From positions 1-40,973 of the forward strand of contig CAVKIG010000002.1 of NCBI GenBank assembly GCA_963656415.1: a stretch of DNA of 40,973 nt. Direction: 5' to 3'. A program made the translations under genes and the position numbers. A model generated the notes under the pieces. The model did no database searches and was not told the DNA's origin. It was given only the letters and a program-made list of their open reading frames with translations. Below are positions 16,985 through 25,611 of the stretch, in pieces. Numbering within the stretch: the stretch's first letter is position 1; the number at the start of each line of letters is the position of its first letter. Source of the DNA: a bacterium. Its GTDB lineage: Bacteria; Bacillota; Clostridia; Christensenellales; CAG-917.

Positions 16985-17288
16985 GGTAGAGTTTTTGTTA
17001 AATTTGTTGTATCTTGTCAATAAAGTGATGAGTGTAAGTTCACAATTCACTAACAAGCAAACGCCTTGCCGAGCAGAGTATAAGTGCTAGGGGAAAATTC
17101 TCAAAAAGAATTTCTGTCGCATCTACGATTCTTCTTTTGATTTTTTACCATTCGTTTTTTGTCTTAGTGAACTAAGAGCCGTATTTTTTGAGACAACGAT
17201 GTTACGTTCAGGATAATGCTCGGCATCGACGTATGCTGAAAAACATTGACTTATAATTGTTTTTAGAATCAATAATGACAACAGTCAG

Positions 17289-17322
17289 ATAAACTCCGTT
17301 TTGCGACGGAGTTTATTTTTTA
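17289..17322 (+). terminator. Intrinsic terminator ending a ~400-nt non-coding stretch
   Basis: Stem ataaactccgt / acggagtttat followed by ttttt. Confidence 0.8.
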
Positions 17323-17356
17323 TTGTATTACAAAACCGCCGGATAGTCCGGTGGTT
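17323..17356 (+). repeat. 34-nt post-terminator repeat, copy 2
   Basis: ttgtattacaaaaccgccggatagtccggtggtt. It folds as aaccgccgg / ccggtggtt. Confidence 0.75.
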
Positions 17357-17520
17357 CGGTGGAGTTTTAATGGGATACAACGCTTTAAGGAGTATGAAAG
17401 AGGTTGTGCACAAATTGTACATAACCAAAATGCATGATACTCTCTTGTGTTGTTATATTTTTTACTTTTCACAAATTGAAATATTGAAGAATATCCTAAT
17501 AAAAAACTAAAAACGGGGTA

Positions 17521-17549
17521 TTGACAAGCCAAGATTTAAGGGGTATTAT
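17521..17549 (+). promoter_or_regulatory. Promoter of the surface glucan-binding lipoprotein gene
   Basis: TTGACA, 17-nt spacer, TATTAT. Confidence 0.6.
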
Positions 17550-17553
17550 AAAA

Positions 17554-17572
17554 TTGCTTAACGATTAAGCAA
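17554..17572. promoter_or_regulatory. Candidate LacI-family operator
   Basis: A perfect 8-bp dyad, ttgcttaa-cga-ttaagcaa, overlaps the predicted transcription start. An extra half-site ttaagca lies 7 nt downstream. The LacI-family gene is adjacent (19406-20206). Confidence 0.4.
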
Positions 17573-17612
17573 ACGGTTAAGCAGAGAAAGCAATGCTTTT
17601 CAAGGAGGAATT

Positions 17613-19346
17613 ATGAGAAAAGTTTTATCTATTGTATCGATTGCGTTGCTCATTGTGGCGATGACGCTTTCTATGGTTGCTTGCAACGAAACGGAAACCG
17701 TTACGCTCACTTTGTACGACAACGACGGAACAACCGTTTTGTCAACGCAAAAGGTTGAAAAGGGCAAAGCGCCGACTATGCCGGAAGCACCGACAAAAGA
17801 AGGCTTTACTTTCAGGGGTTGGTTTGTTACTCCGACCAGTGCAAAGGCGTTCGATTTTGACGCTCCGATGAAAGAGGACGCAAAAGCGTATGCGCAATGG
17901 CAAGACAACAGTTTTGTCGATACGAGAGACTGGGTTATTTCCGGCACTATGAACGGTTGGGGCGACAATCTTGCAACCGACTATCATATGACCAAAGTCA
18001 CGGGTGCAAACAACGTGTTTGAACTGAAAATCGATTTGCACGTCGGCGACGCTTTCCAACTCACGGTGTTGCTTGAAAGCGGAATTCTCGATTACAACAA
18101 CGCAGACGGCGCACGCGCTTCTTTCAGAAACCTTGTAGGTGCGGACGAATACATGGAAGCTGCCACCGGTCTTGACGAAAATAAAAATATCAGCGTCAAG
18201 CAAGACGGCAATTACACGCTCACGCTCACAACCGATTCCAATACAAGCAACAACCGCCTGACCGTCACGCGTAACGGCGACGCAAAGCCCGTTGAAGTGC
18301 AAGAAGTCGTCAATTATTACATCAAAGGCGCAGGAATCACCAACTGGGCAAACGTTTTCTCGCCGGCAACTCGTTTCGTTGCAGGCAATGACGGCAAACA
18401 CACGTTGAAAGTTCAACTCAAAGCGGGTGAAGAATTCATGTTCATGGGCGCCGTAACAAAAGGCGACGAGATCAAAGAAAACAGCCAATATTTCAACATT
18501 ACCAACGTTGATGACGCAAGTATCGCATTGTTCACCGGGAAAACCGATGAAACCGGCAAACTTGTGGGTAATATAAAAACCAAAGAAGCAGGTATATATA
18601 ACTTTGTTCTCGATCTCGAAAGCAAAACTATCTCCGCAACCAAGAGCGCGCCTGACGAAACGGTATACAATTACTTCATCGACGGTACCATTCTTGGCGG
18701 AAATTGGGGCGCATATCAAGCTGCAGAAGACAAAACCGCCTATAAACTGATTAAAAACGGCGACGTTTACACCCTTGAAGGCGTTGTGCTCAACAAGGAC
18801 GAAGAGTTGGTTGTCCGCGCACACAAAACAACCGACGAAGCACTTACATGGGACAACGTGGCTTTTGCATACGATGCGGAATATCTTGTCGGCTCGGTAG
18901 GTTTTTCGGCAGTAAGCAAGAATAGCAAAAACGTCAAAGTCGGCGAGAGCGGAACTTATAACATAACGTTCAACTCTTACAGCAAGGTTTTGACCATCGC
19001 AAAAGTGGGCAGAGACGTTTTTGTCAAAGGCACGATGAACGGCTGGGCACACGAATTCAAAGACGAATTCAAGATGACGGCGAATGGCGAAAACAAAGAA
19101 GTTTATGAAATTACTTTGGCGTTTGCAAAAGATGCCGAATTCGGCCTGGACGCGTATAATATCGGCGCGCAGGAAGGCGGCCTTTGGGTTGGAAAAGACA
19201 AACTCGGCACGGACGGTGACGCAAACGCAATATTCACGGTTGAGGGCAAAGGTAATCTCTGCTGCTCCGAAGCAGGCGAGTATCGAGTTGTTTACAACTA
19301 TAAAACCGATAAAATCGATATTTATAAAGTTGCGGCAACAGCATAA
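17613..19346 (+). CDS. Surface lipoprotein with one Listeria-Bacteroides (Flg_new) repeat and four CBM-like repeats; putative alpha-glucan binding protein
   Basis: Lipobox LSMVAC. The segment VTLTLYDNDG...GFTFRGWF...AKAYAQW is Flg_new-like. Four ~115-aa repeats start at WVISGTMNGW, YYIKGAGITNW, YFIDGTILGGNW and VFVKGTMNGW. The gene lies in a maltodextrin locus. Confidence 0.8.
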   Translation: MRKVLSIVSIALLIVAMTLSMVACNETETVTLTLYDNDGTTVLSTQKVEKGKAPTMPEAPTKEGFTFRGWFVTPTSAKAFDFDAPMKEDAKAYAQWQDNSFVDTRDWVISGTMNGWGDNLATDYHMTKVTGANNVFELKIDLHVGDAFQLTVLLESGILDYNNADGARASFRNLVGADEYMEAATGLDENKNISVKQDGNYTLTLTTDSNTSNNRLTVTRNGDAKPVEVQEVVNYYIKGAGITNWANVFSPATRFVAGNDGKHTLKVQLKAGEEFMFMGAVTKGDEIKENSQYFNITNVDDASIALFTGKTDETGKLVGNIKTKEAGIYNFVLDLESKTISATKSAPDETVYNYFIDGTILGGNWGAYQAAEDKTAYKLIKNGDVYTLEGVVLNKDEELVVRAHKTTDEALTWDNVAFAYDAEYLVGSVGFSAVSKNSKNVKVGESGTYNITFNSYSKVLTIAKVGRDVFVKGTMNGWAHEFKDEFKMTANGENKEVYEITLAFAKDAEFGLDAYNIGAQEGGLWVGKDKLGTDGDANAIFTVEGKGNLCCSEAGEYRVVYNYKTDKIDIYKVAATA

Positions 19347-19357
19347 CAATAATAAAT

Positions 19358-19384
19358 GCCCCTGCGACGTTTTGTTGCAGGGGC
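19358..19384. terminator. Hairpin between convergent genes (possible bidirectional terminator)
   Basis: Stem gcccctgc / gcaggggc with an 11-nt loop. A T-rich tract follows only on the minus-strand side. Confidence 0.45.
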
Positions 19385-19405
19385 GAAACTAATTTCGGTG
19401 TAAAA

Positions 19406-20206
19406 TCAGATTCGTATATCGCTTGACAAGGCTTCTTTTCGGTTGATTGCGATGTCAAGACACTCTACGATTTTGTCGATCTTTTCATCGGAATGAGAAT
19501 CAATAGTCAAAACGTTGGGAGCGTTTTTTTGACAAAACTTCGACACCATACTGCCCAGGACGACAATGTTTTGCGACTCTGTCGAAACGGGGGAATCGTC
19601 TTCTATAAACCGAACGTGATTCAATTGTTGCAACAAGCGTTCCTTCAGCTCTTCGCTGTTTGGTTTCAACGCAACGGCAGTCCAGTTGTCCGTGCCGAAA
19701 ACGGAGTTTGCTTTTTGTGCCACGGCGTTGTAATCGGTTGTGATTTGATAAAACAAATCGCCGTTCGGAATGACCGTATCGAGCGCGAGAAGGGGGCAAA
19801 AGTTTACCTCGCCAAGCGCACGGAAAAACGAGTTGTCGGTGTTGTAACATATGATTGCGTCGCAATTTGTGACACGCTTTACGGTTTTGTCAAAAGTAAC
19901 TTGCAAGGAATATCCGACGGATGCAAGTTTATCGGAAAGTCTTTGGATGAGAAGCATCGTTTCGGCTTTGTAGGCAGAGGCGTCGTTGTCGCCGACATAT
20001 ATCGTTACGACGTCGGTGTTGCCACTGCTCAGGCATTTTGCCGAGAAGTTGATGCGGTAATTATAGAGATTGACGAGTTGCCAGATTTTGCGTTTTGTGT
20101 CCTCGCTTATGCGCGAATCGTCCTTGTCGTTAAGGACGTAACTCACGGTAGCGACAGAAACGCCTGCCTCTCTTGCAATATCTCTCATTGTGACTTTCTT
20201 GCTCAT
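19406..20206 (-). CDS. LacI-family transcriptional regulator (short, 266 aa)
   Basis: The HTH MRDIAREAGVSVATVSYVLN is at the N-terminus of MSKKVTM..., followed by a sugar-binding-type domain. The longer track ORF (to 20665) is antisense to the amylase gene. Confidence 0.85.
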   Translation of the reverse strand: MSKKVTMRDIAREAGVSVATVSYVLNDKDDSRISEDTKRKIWQLVNLYNYRINFSAKCLSSGNTDVVTIYVGDNDASAYKAETMLLIQRLSDKLASVGYSLQVTFDKTVKRVTNCDAIICYNTDNSFFRALGEVNFCPLLALDTVIPNGDLFYQITTDYNAVAQKANSVFGTDNWTAVALKPNSEELKERLLQQLNHVRFIEDDSPVSTESQNIVVLGSMVSKFCQKNAPNVLTIDSHSDEKIDKIVECLDIAINRKEALSSDIRI

Positions 20207-20215
20207 AACACTCGG

Positions 20216-20244
20216 ATTATACAATCTTAGCAGAAAAAAATCAA
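20216..20244 (-). promoter_or_regulatory. Candidate promoter of the LacI-family gene giving a near-leaderless mRNA
   Basis: On the minus strand: TTGATT, 17-nt spacer, TATAAT. The -10 ends 9 nt before the ATG at 20206 and there is no SD. Confidence 0.4.
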
Positions 20245-20245
20245 T

Positions 20246-21943
20246 ATGAAAATGAATATTCAGGCAATTTATCATCGTCCCGAGAGCAATTATTGCTTTG
20301 CTACGGGCAACAAAACGGTCGAATTGAGAATTCGCTTTGCAAAAGGCGAAAGGATACGCAACCTGTCCGTTTTGTACAATACGAAATATCACATCGCTCA
20401 AAAACAGTTCAGACAAGAATTGCAACTTATTGCAAGCGATGCGAATTTCGATTATTACGGCACGACGCTTTGTCTTGACGATCCAAGGCTTGCGTATGTA
20501 TTTTACTTTGAAAACAATGACAAGTCGTACTACTTTTGTGAGGACGGCTTGGTTTGCACATACGATTTCGATTTGGCATACTTCAATAGCTTTCAGTTTG
20601 CATACATCAATGCAGACGACGTGATACGAAACGTCGAATGGCTGAATAATGCGGTGTTTTATCAAATCTTTGTGGATAGATTTTGCAAAACGGATACCGT
20701 TAAATCAAAAATTAACGCAAAATGGTGCGATTTGCCGACTCCGACGTCGTTTTTCGGGGGCAATCTTGACGGAATAACGGAAAATTTGGACTATATCAAA
20801 GGACTTGGCGCAACGGCGATTTACCTTACGCCGATTTTCAAAAGCGACTCCAACCATAAATACGACACAATCGATTTCTATTGTGTGGATGAGTCTTTCG
20901 GCAACAAAGAGTCTTTGAAAAAAATGGTAACAAAGGCTCACGACAAAGGATTGAAAGTCGTGCTTGACGCCGTGTTTAACCACGTCAGTCGGGATTTTGA
21001 GCAGTTCAAAGACGTAATTAAATACGGCAAAAAATCAAAATACTTCGATTGGTTTGTCATAGACGGTGAAAAAGTCGAACAGAATCCGCCTAATTATGCA
21101 TGCTTCGGAGATTGTGAATATATGCCAAAACTCAATACTTGCAATAAGGAAGTGCAAAATTATCTTATTGGCGTAATGGTCTATTGGATGAAAGAATGCG
21201 ATGTAGACGGGTGGCGTCTTGACGTGTCCGACGAGGTTTCGCACGGCTTTTGGAGAAAGGCGAGAGAAGCGGTAAAAGCTCAAAAATCGAACGCGGCGTT
21301 GATTGGAGAAAACTGGCATAACAGCGAGAGTTTTTTGCGAGGAGATCAGTTCGATTCCATTATGAACTATGCGCTCACAAAGCGCATGATAGATTTTTGG
21401 GTTGATGAGAGCATAGACGGAAAGCAACTTGCCGAACAACTCAATTCGCTTTATATGAGATATAGCGACGTCACAAACAATATGATGTTCAATCTGCTCG
21501 ATAGTCACGATACGGCGAGATTTTACACACAAATAAACAAGGATAGCAACAGATTGCTTTGTGCAATCGCGACGCTGATATTTTTGCCGGGAAGTTTCAA
21601 TTTGTACTATGGCACGGATATTTTGCTCGAAGGGGAATATGATCCGGATTGCAGAAGAACGTTTGATTTTTCAAGACTGGAAGATGCGGAAATAACGAGG
21701 TTTCAAACCTCGCTCAAAGAATTGCTTGCTTTGAAACGTCAGCCTGCGATAAAGAGCGGAAAATTAAAGATTTTTTCTCAAAACGAAGCATTGGTTATAG
21801 AACGAGCAGGCGAGGAACAGGTTTTGCGGTTGATTGTGCGCAGAGGCAAAAAAAAGGGGGTTGGCGTAAAGCCGTTGATGGAATATAATAACAGTAAGGA
21901 CGGCAATGCCGATTCCTTTGTTATAGAAGGAGAAAAATTATGA
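20246..21943 (+). CDS. GH13 neopullulanase / cyclomaltodextrinase / maltogenic amylase-type enzyme (cytoplasmic)
   Basis: Has the N-terminal IQAIYHRPESNY domain and GH13 regions DAVFNHV, GWRLDVSDE, IGENWH and LLDSHD. There is no signal peptide. Confidence 0.92.
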   Translation: MKMNIQAIYHRPESNYCFATGNKTVELRIRFAKGERIRNLSVLYNTKYHIAQKQFRQELQLIASDANFDYYGTTLCLDDPRLAYVFYFENNDKSYYFCEDGLVCTYDFDLAYFNSFQFAYINADDVIRNVEWLNNAVFYQIFVDRFCKTDTVKSKINAKWCDLPTPTSFFGGNLDGITENLDYIKGLGATAIYLTPIFKSDSNHKYDTIDFYCVDESFGNKESLKKMVTKAHDKGLKVVLDAVFNHVSRDFEQFKDVIKYGKKSKYFDWFVIDGEKVEQNPPNYACFGDCEYMPKLNTCNKEVQNYLIGVMVYWMKECDVDGWRLDVSDEVSHGFWRKAREAVKAQKSNAALIGENWHNSESFLRGDQFDSIMNYALTKRMIDFWVDESIDGKQLAEQLNSLYMRYSDVTNNMMFNLLDSHDTARFYTQINKDSNRLLCAIATLIFLPGSFNLYYGTDILLEGEYDPDCRRTFDFSRLEDAEITRFQTSLKELLALKRQPAIKSGKLKIFSQNEALVIERAGEEQVLRLIVRRGKKKGVGVKPLMEYNNSKDGNADSFVIEGEKL

Positions 21944-23364
21944 GAAAGGGAAAACTCGTGACGATTTTTTTGGTCGTTGTTATGGTGCTGACGACGGTAG
22001 CATTTTGCTTTGCCGCGTGCGACAATGACGGAGATAAAAAAGAGGTCGTGTTGCGTATTCTTGAAAACGATACGGCAAAAAAAGAAGGATATCTCCAGGA
22101 ATTGCTGGACGCATTCAATGCAAAGTATGCAAGCGAAGGAGTAAAAGCCGTCGATGCGAATATGGACGAATACAGCGACCTTGAAAAAGACGGACCGTAC
22201 GGTCACGGACCGGACGTATTGTATCAGGCAAACGATATTCTCATGTCGTACGTCGAAAAACATCATATAATCCCGCTCGATATAGAGCAAATGGATTGTT
22301 ATGATAAAATTCCGCAAAACGCATGGAATGCCTTTAAGTATAATTACGATGGCAAAACGGTTTATTGCGGAGTGCCGGTAAACGTTCAACAACCCTTGCT
22401 GTTTTATCGCGGGGATGCGCTTCCCGACAACTGGAAAACCGAATGGGATAAGAATGGCAACGACGTGCCCGATATGGTTGAATATTGGACGGAAATGTAC
22501 AGATATAGCAAAGGTATTCGCGAAGCAGACCGCAATAAATTCGGTTATGCCATCGAATTGAGAAACGAATATTTCAATATCGGTTACTTGCTTTCGTACG
22601 GCGCATACGTGTTTGGCAACAACAACACCGACGACAAGGATATAGGTATTGCAAAAGGCAATGCGGTGAAGGGTGCAAAGATTATGTGGGAGCTTGCCGG
22701 CGTCATGGATGAAAAGTGTATTGACGATTCGTTTACAAACGGGCGCGCATCCATGCTTGCAAACGGAACGATTTTTGCAACGATAACCACTCCGGATATC
22801 ACTTCACAGTTCTTGAAAGAGATGTCGCTTCAATATCAAAAAGAAGGACTCGATCAGGCGAGCGCGGACGCAAAGGCGAAAGAAAATCTCGTTATTACAG
22901 GACTGCCGAAACTTCCAAAGGACGGAGATATAACCACTGTACAAGATATCAAAAACGATGATCTGTGGATCGAGCAACAAACCATGGGCGGCGTGAACGG
23001 ATATGCGGTGAGCAGTTATACCCAAAACCGTGATTGGGCTGTCAAGTTTGTCGAATTCGCAACGGGTTACGAAATGGTGAAAGCTCGTGCGGATATGCTC
23101 GGCGTTGTTGCTGCAAGAAGCGATGTAATTGCACAAACAGAGTCTTTAGCGTCTCAAATCACCTATAGAAATCTCGATTCGGGCGTTTTGGAGGTTATGC
23201 CGTCCATCAGCGCGGTCAAGCAAATATGGACGCCGATTTCATCGGGATTCAAACAAATAGCAACCGACGGATGCGGTAAGCGCTTCTTCGATACGGCAAA
23301 ACTTCAAAGCGTTATCGAAGAAATATCGTCGAATATTTACAAGGCTATTCATACCTTTGCATAA
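21940..23364 (+). CDS. ABC transporter substrate-binding lipoprotein (maltodextrin/oligosaccharide, family 1 SBP)
   Basis: Lipobox FCFAAC. Its size and position are those of MalE upstream of two MalFG-type permeases. The ATGA overlaps the upstream stop. Confidence 0.88.
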   Translation: MRKGKLVTIFLVVVMVLTTVAFCFAACDNDGDKKEVVLRILENDTAKKEGYLQELLDAFNAKYASEGVKAVDANMDEYSDLEKDGPYGHGPDVLYQANDILMSYVEKHHIIPLDIEQMDCYDKIPQNAWNAFKYNYDGKTVYCGVPVNVQQPLLFYRGDALPDNWKTEWDKNGNDVPDMVEYWTEMYRYSKGIREADRNKFGYAIELRNEYFNIGYLLSYGAYVFGNNNTDDKDIGIAKGNAVKGAKIMWELAGVMDEKCIDDSFTNGRASMLANGTIFATITTPDITSQFLKEMSLQYQKEGLDQASADAKAKENLVITGLPKLPKDGDITTVQDIKNDDLWIEQQTMGGVNGYAVSSYTQNRDWAVKFVEFATGYEMVKARADMLGVVAARSDVIAQTESLASQITYRNLDSGVLEVMPSISAVKQIWTPISSGFKQIATDGCGKRFFDTAKLQSVIEEISSNIYKAIHTFA

Positions 23365-23366
23365 CT

Positions 23367-24758
23367 ATGACAAGTTTGAAAGAAAGATATAAAAACCTAA
23401 AAGAGAACGCCGCACAACGACGTCGGGACATTTCCGAAAAAGCGAAACAATCCCGAAAGAACTTAAAAGAGTTCTTTGCCACGTCGGGCAGGGCAACGTA
23501 TGCGTCGATGTTCTTTATGGGTGCCGGGCAAATTGTCAACGGACAATATATAAAAGGGCTCGTCTACATTCTGTCGGAAGTGGGATTTATCGTTTATTTC
23601 GCTCTCAGAGGAATAAAGGACTTGTTTGGATTTTTCACCTTGGGAACGGTAAAAGCCGATCCGTGGCTCGGCATAAAGGGTGACGATTCGGTGATTATGT
23701 TGCTCATGGGCATTTTTGCCTGGATTGCTCTTATTGCGCTCGTTATCGTCTATGTGGCAAACATAAAAGATGCACATCGGGGCGCAGAAGAGTTGCTCTT
23801 CAAAGGCAAAGTCGCATCGTTCAAAGACGATTTGTCGTCGCTGATGAATCGCAATTTTTATAAGGCGGCACTCGTTATTCCCATTTTGGGCGTAATGATA
23901 TTCAATGTCTTGCCGATAATTTTTATGATTTTGATTGCATTCACCAACTACGGCGGAAAAATCGTTCCGCCCGAATTGGTGGATTGGAGTCTTGACAGCT
24001 TCAGAAAACTCGTGGCTTTGGGGGAATTGTCGCAATCTTTCGGAAAGATACTCGGATGGAACTTGCTCTGGGCTTTTCTTTCGACGTTTATCAACTATTT
24101 TTTAGGACTCGGGCTTGCGATTCTCTACAACAAAAAATGTGTAAAACCAAAGGCGTTGTGGAGAGCATTCCCCGTGCTTGCCTATGCGGTTCCCGGTTTT
24201 ATATCGTTGCTTGTGTTTCATTATATGTTCAGCAACGGCGGTCCGATAAATCAACTTATCGTCCAAAACGGCGGCAAAATCATCGACTTTTTGGGTATCA
24301 ATTCCAAGTGGATGGCAAGAGGGATAGGTTTGTTCGTAAACGCATGGCTGTCCGTTCCGTCGATAATGTTGCTTGCATCGGGGATATTGTCCAATATCAA
24401 TAACGATTTGTACGAGGCGGCAAGAATAGACGGGGCAAGTGCGTGGATGCAGTTTAGAAAAATTACGCTTCCGTTCGTTCTTTTCTCGACGACGCCCGTT
24501 CTCATCAGTCAATTTATGGGCAACTTCAACAACTTCGGCGTGTTCTATTTCTTAAGGAGCGATGTCCTGAGCGACGGATATTTCCTTGCGAGCGACACGG
24601 ATTTGCTTATCAACTGGTTGTACAGAATGTCGATTGACAACAACTACTACTCGATAGGCGCGGCGATAAGTCTGATTATGTTTATCATCACTTCGGCAAT
24701 AAGCCTGTTGGTTTATGTGCGCTCGTCGGCATACAAGAGGGAGGATACGTTCAAATGA
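23367..24758 (+). CDS. Sugar ABC transporter permease (MalF-like)
   Basis: Multi-TM protein with EAA loop YEAARIDGASAWMQFRKITLP. Confidence 0.92.
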   Translation: MTSLKERYKNLKENAAQRRRDISEKAKQSRKNLKEFFATSGRATYASMFFMGAGQIVNGQYIKGLVYILSEVGFIVYFALRGIKDLFGFFTLGTVKADPWLGIKGDDSVIMLLMGIFAWIALIALVIVYVANIKDAHRGAEELLFKGKVASFKDDLSSLMNRNFYKAALVIPILGVMIFNVLPIIFMILIAFTNYGGKIVPPELVDWSLDSFRKLVALGELSQSFGKILGWNLLWAFLSTFINYFLGLGLAILYNKKCVKPKALWRAFPVLAYAVPGFISLLVFHYMFSNGGPINQLIVQNGGKIIDFLGINSKWMARGIGLFVNAWLSVPSIMLLASGILSNINNDLYEAARIDGASAWMQFRKITLPFVLFSTTPVLISQFMGNFNNFGVFYFLRSDVLSDGYFLASDTDLLINWLYRMSIDNNYYSIGAAISLIMFIITSAISLLVYVRSSAYKREDTFK

Positions 24759-25600
24759 GAAAGAAACCCGGTATAAAACTCAAAAAGACGGCAAATGTTT
24801 TGCTTACGTATGCCATTGTGTTGTTGGTGTCGATAGTATTTGTATTCCCGATTCTATGGATTGTGTTGAGTTGTTTTTCTGCAAGCGGAAGTATATATAG
24901 TTTCAACGGTTTTTTCCCGTCGGAATATTCCTTTGATTCTTTTAAGGCGCTGTTTGCCGACACCGTTATGTACGACTATCCGAAGTGGTTTGCAAACACA
25001 TTGCTGGTTGCCACGATAAGCAGTCTGTTGGGCACGGTTTTGGTGATTCTGACTGCATATGTCATATCGTCTTTCCAATTTAGGGGAAGAAAAGCATTGA
25101 TGAAAGGCGCGCTGATTCTCGGGATGTTCCCGTCTTTTATGGGTATGGTGGCAGTGTATTTGCTTATGACGCAATTCAATTTCATCAATAGTCATATAGG
25201 TCTTGCCCTCATATACGCAGGCGGCGCACCTATGGGATATTTGGTGCAAAAAGGCTTTTTTGACACTATTCCGAATTCGATTTACGAAGCGGCAAGAATC
25301 GACGGCGCAAGCAATGCTAGAATATTTTTCAACGTAACGCTTCCGCTGTCAAAGCCGATACTGGTATATACGCTATTGACGCAATTTGCGTGGCCGTGGA
25401 GTGATTTTATCCTTCCGAAGCTTCTGCTCAAAGACAAAAACATGTGGACGGCGGCGGTCGGGCTTATGTCGCTTCCGGAAACTGAATTCGCAAGATTTTC
25501 GGCAGGTGCGGTGTTTATCGCCGTTCCGATCGTAATCTTGTATTTCTTCTTAATCAAATATATGATAAACGGTTTGTCGGCAGGTGCCGTCAAGCAATAA
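24755..25600 (+). CDS. Sugar ABC transporter permease (MalG-like)
   Basis: Six TM segments and EAA loop YEAARIDGASNARIFFNVTLP. It overlaps the upstream gene by 4 nt. Confidence 0.92.
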   Translation: MRKKPGIKLKKTANVLLTYAIVLLVSIVFVFPILWIVLSCFSASGSIYSFNGFFPSEYSFDSFKALFADTVMYDYPKWFANTLLVATISSLLGTVLVILTAYVISSFQFRGRKALMKGALILGMFPSFMGMVAVYLLMTQFNFINSHIGLALIYAGGAPMGYLVQKGFFDTIPNSIYEAARIDGASNARIFFNVTLPLSKPILVYTLLTQFAWPWSDFILPKLLLKDKNMWTAAVGLMSLPETEFARFSAGAVFIAVPIVILYFFLIKYMINGLSAGAVKQ

Positions 25601-25611
25601 AAGGGGTAATT

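Noticed and set aside
17301-17510. 69-aa plus-strand ORF and overlapping 70-aa minus-strand ORF (17320-17532)
   Set aside because: The plus-strand ORF starts inside a terminator hairpin. Both cross the post-terminator repeat and the next gene's promoter region, and the sequence is AT-rich and low in complexity.
17742-19349. 535-aa ORF on the minus strand
   Set aside because: It is fully antisense to the well-supported lipoprotein gene. Its composition is Cys/Phe/Val/Arg-rich and low in complexity, and it has no RBS or recognisable domain. This is a typical shadow ORF.
19406-20665. 419-aa version of the LacI-family ORF
   Set aside because: The N-terminal 153 codons are antisense to the GH13 gene and lack any domain. 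The HTH begins right after the internal Met at 20206.
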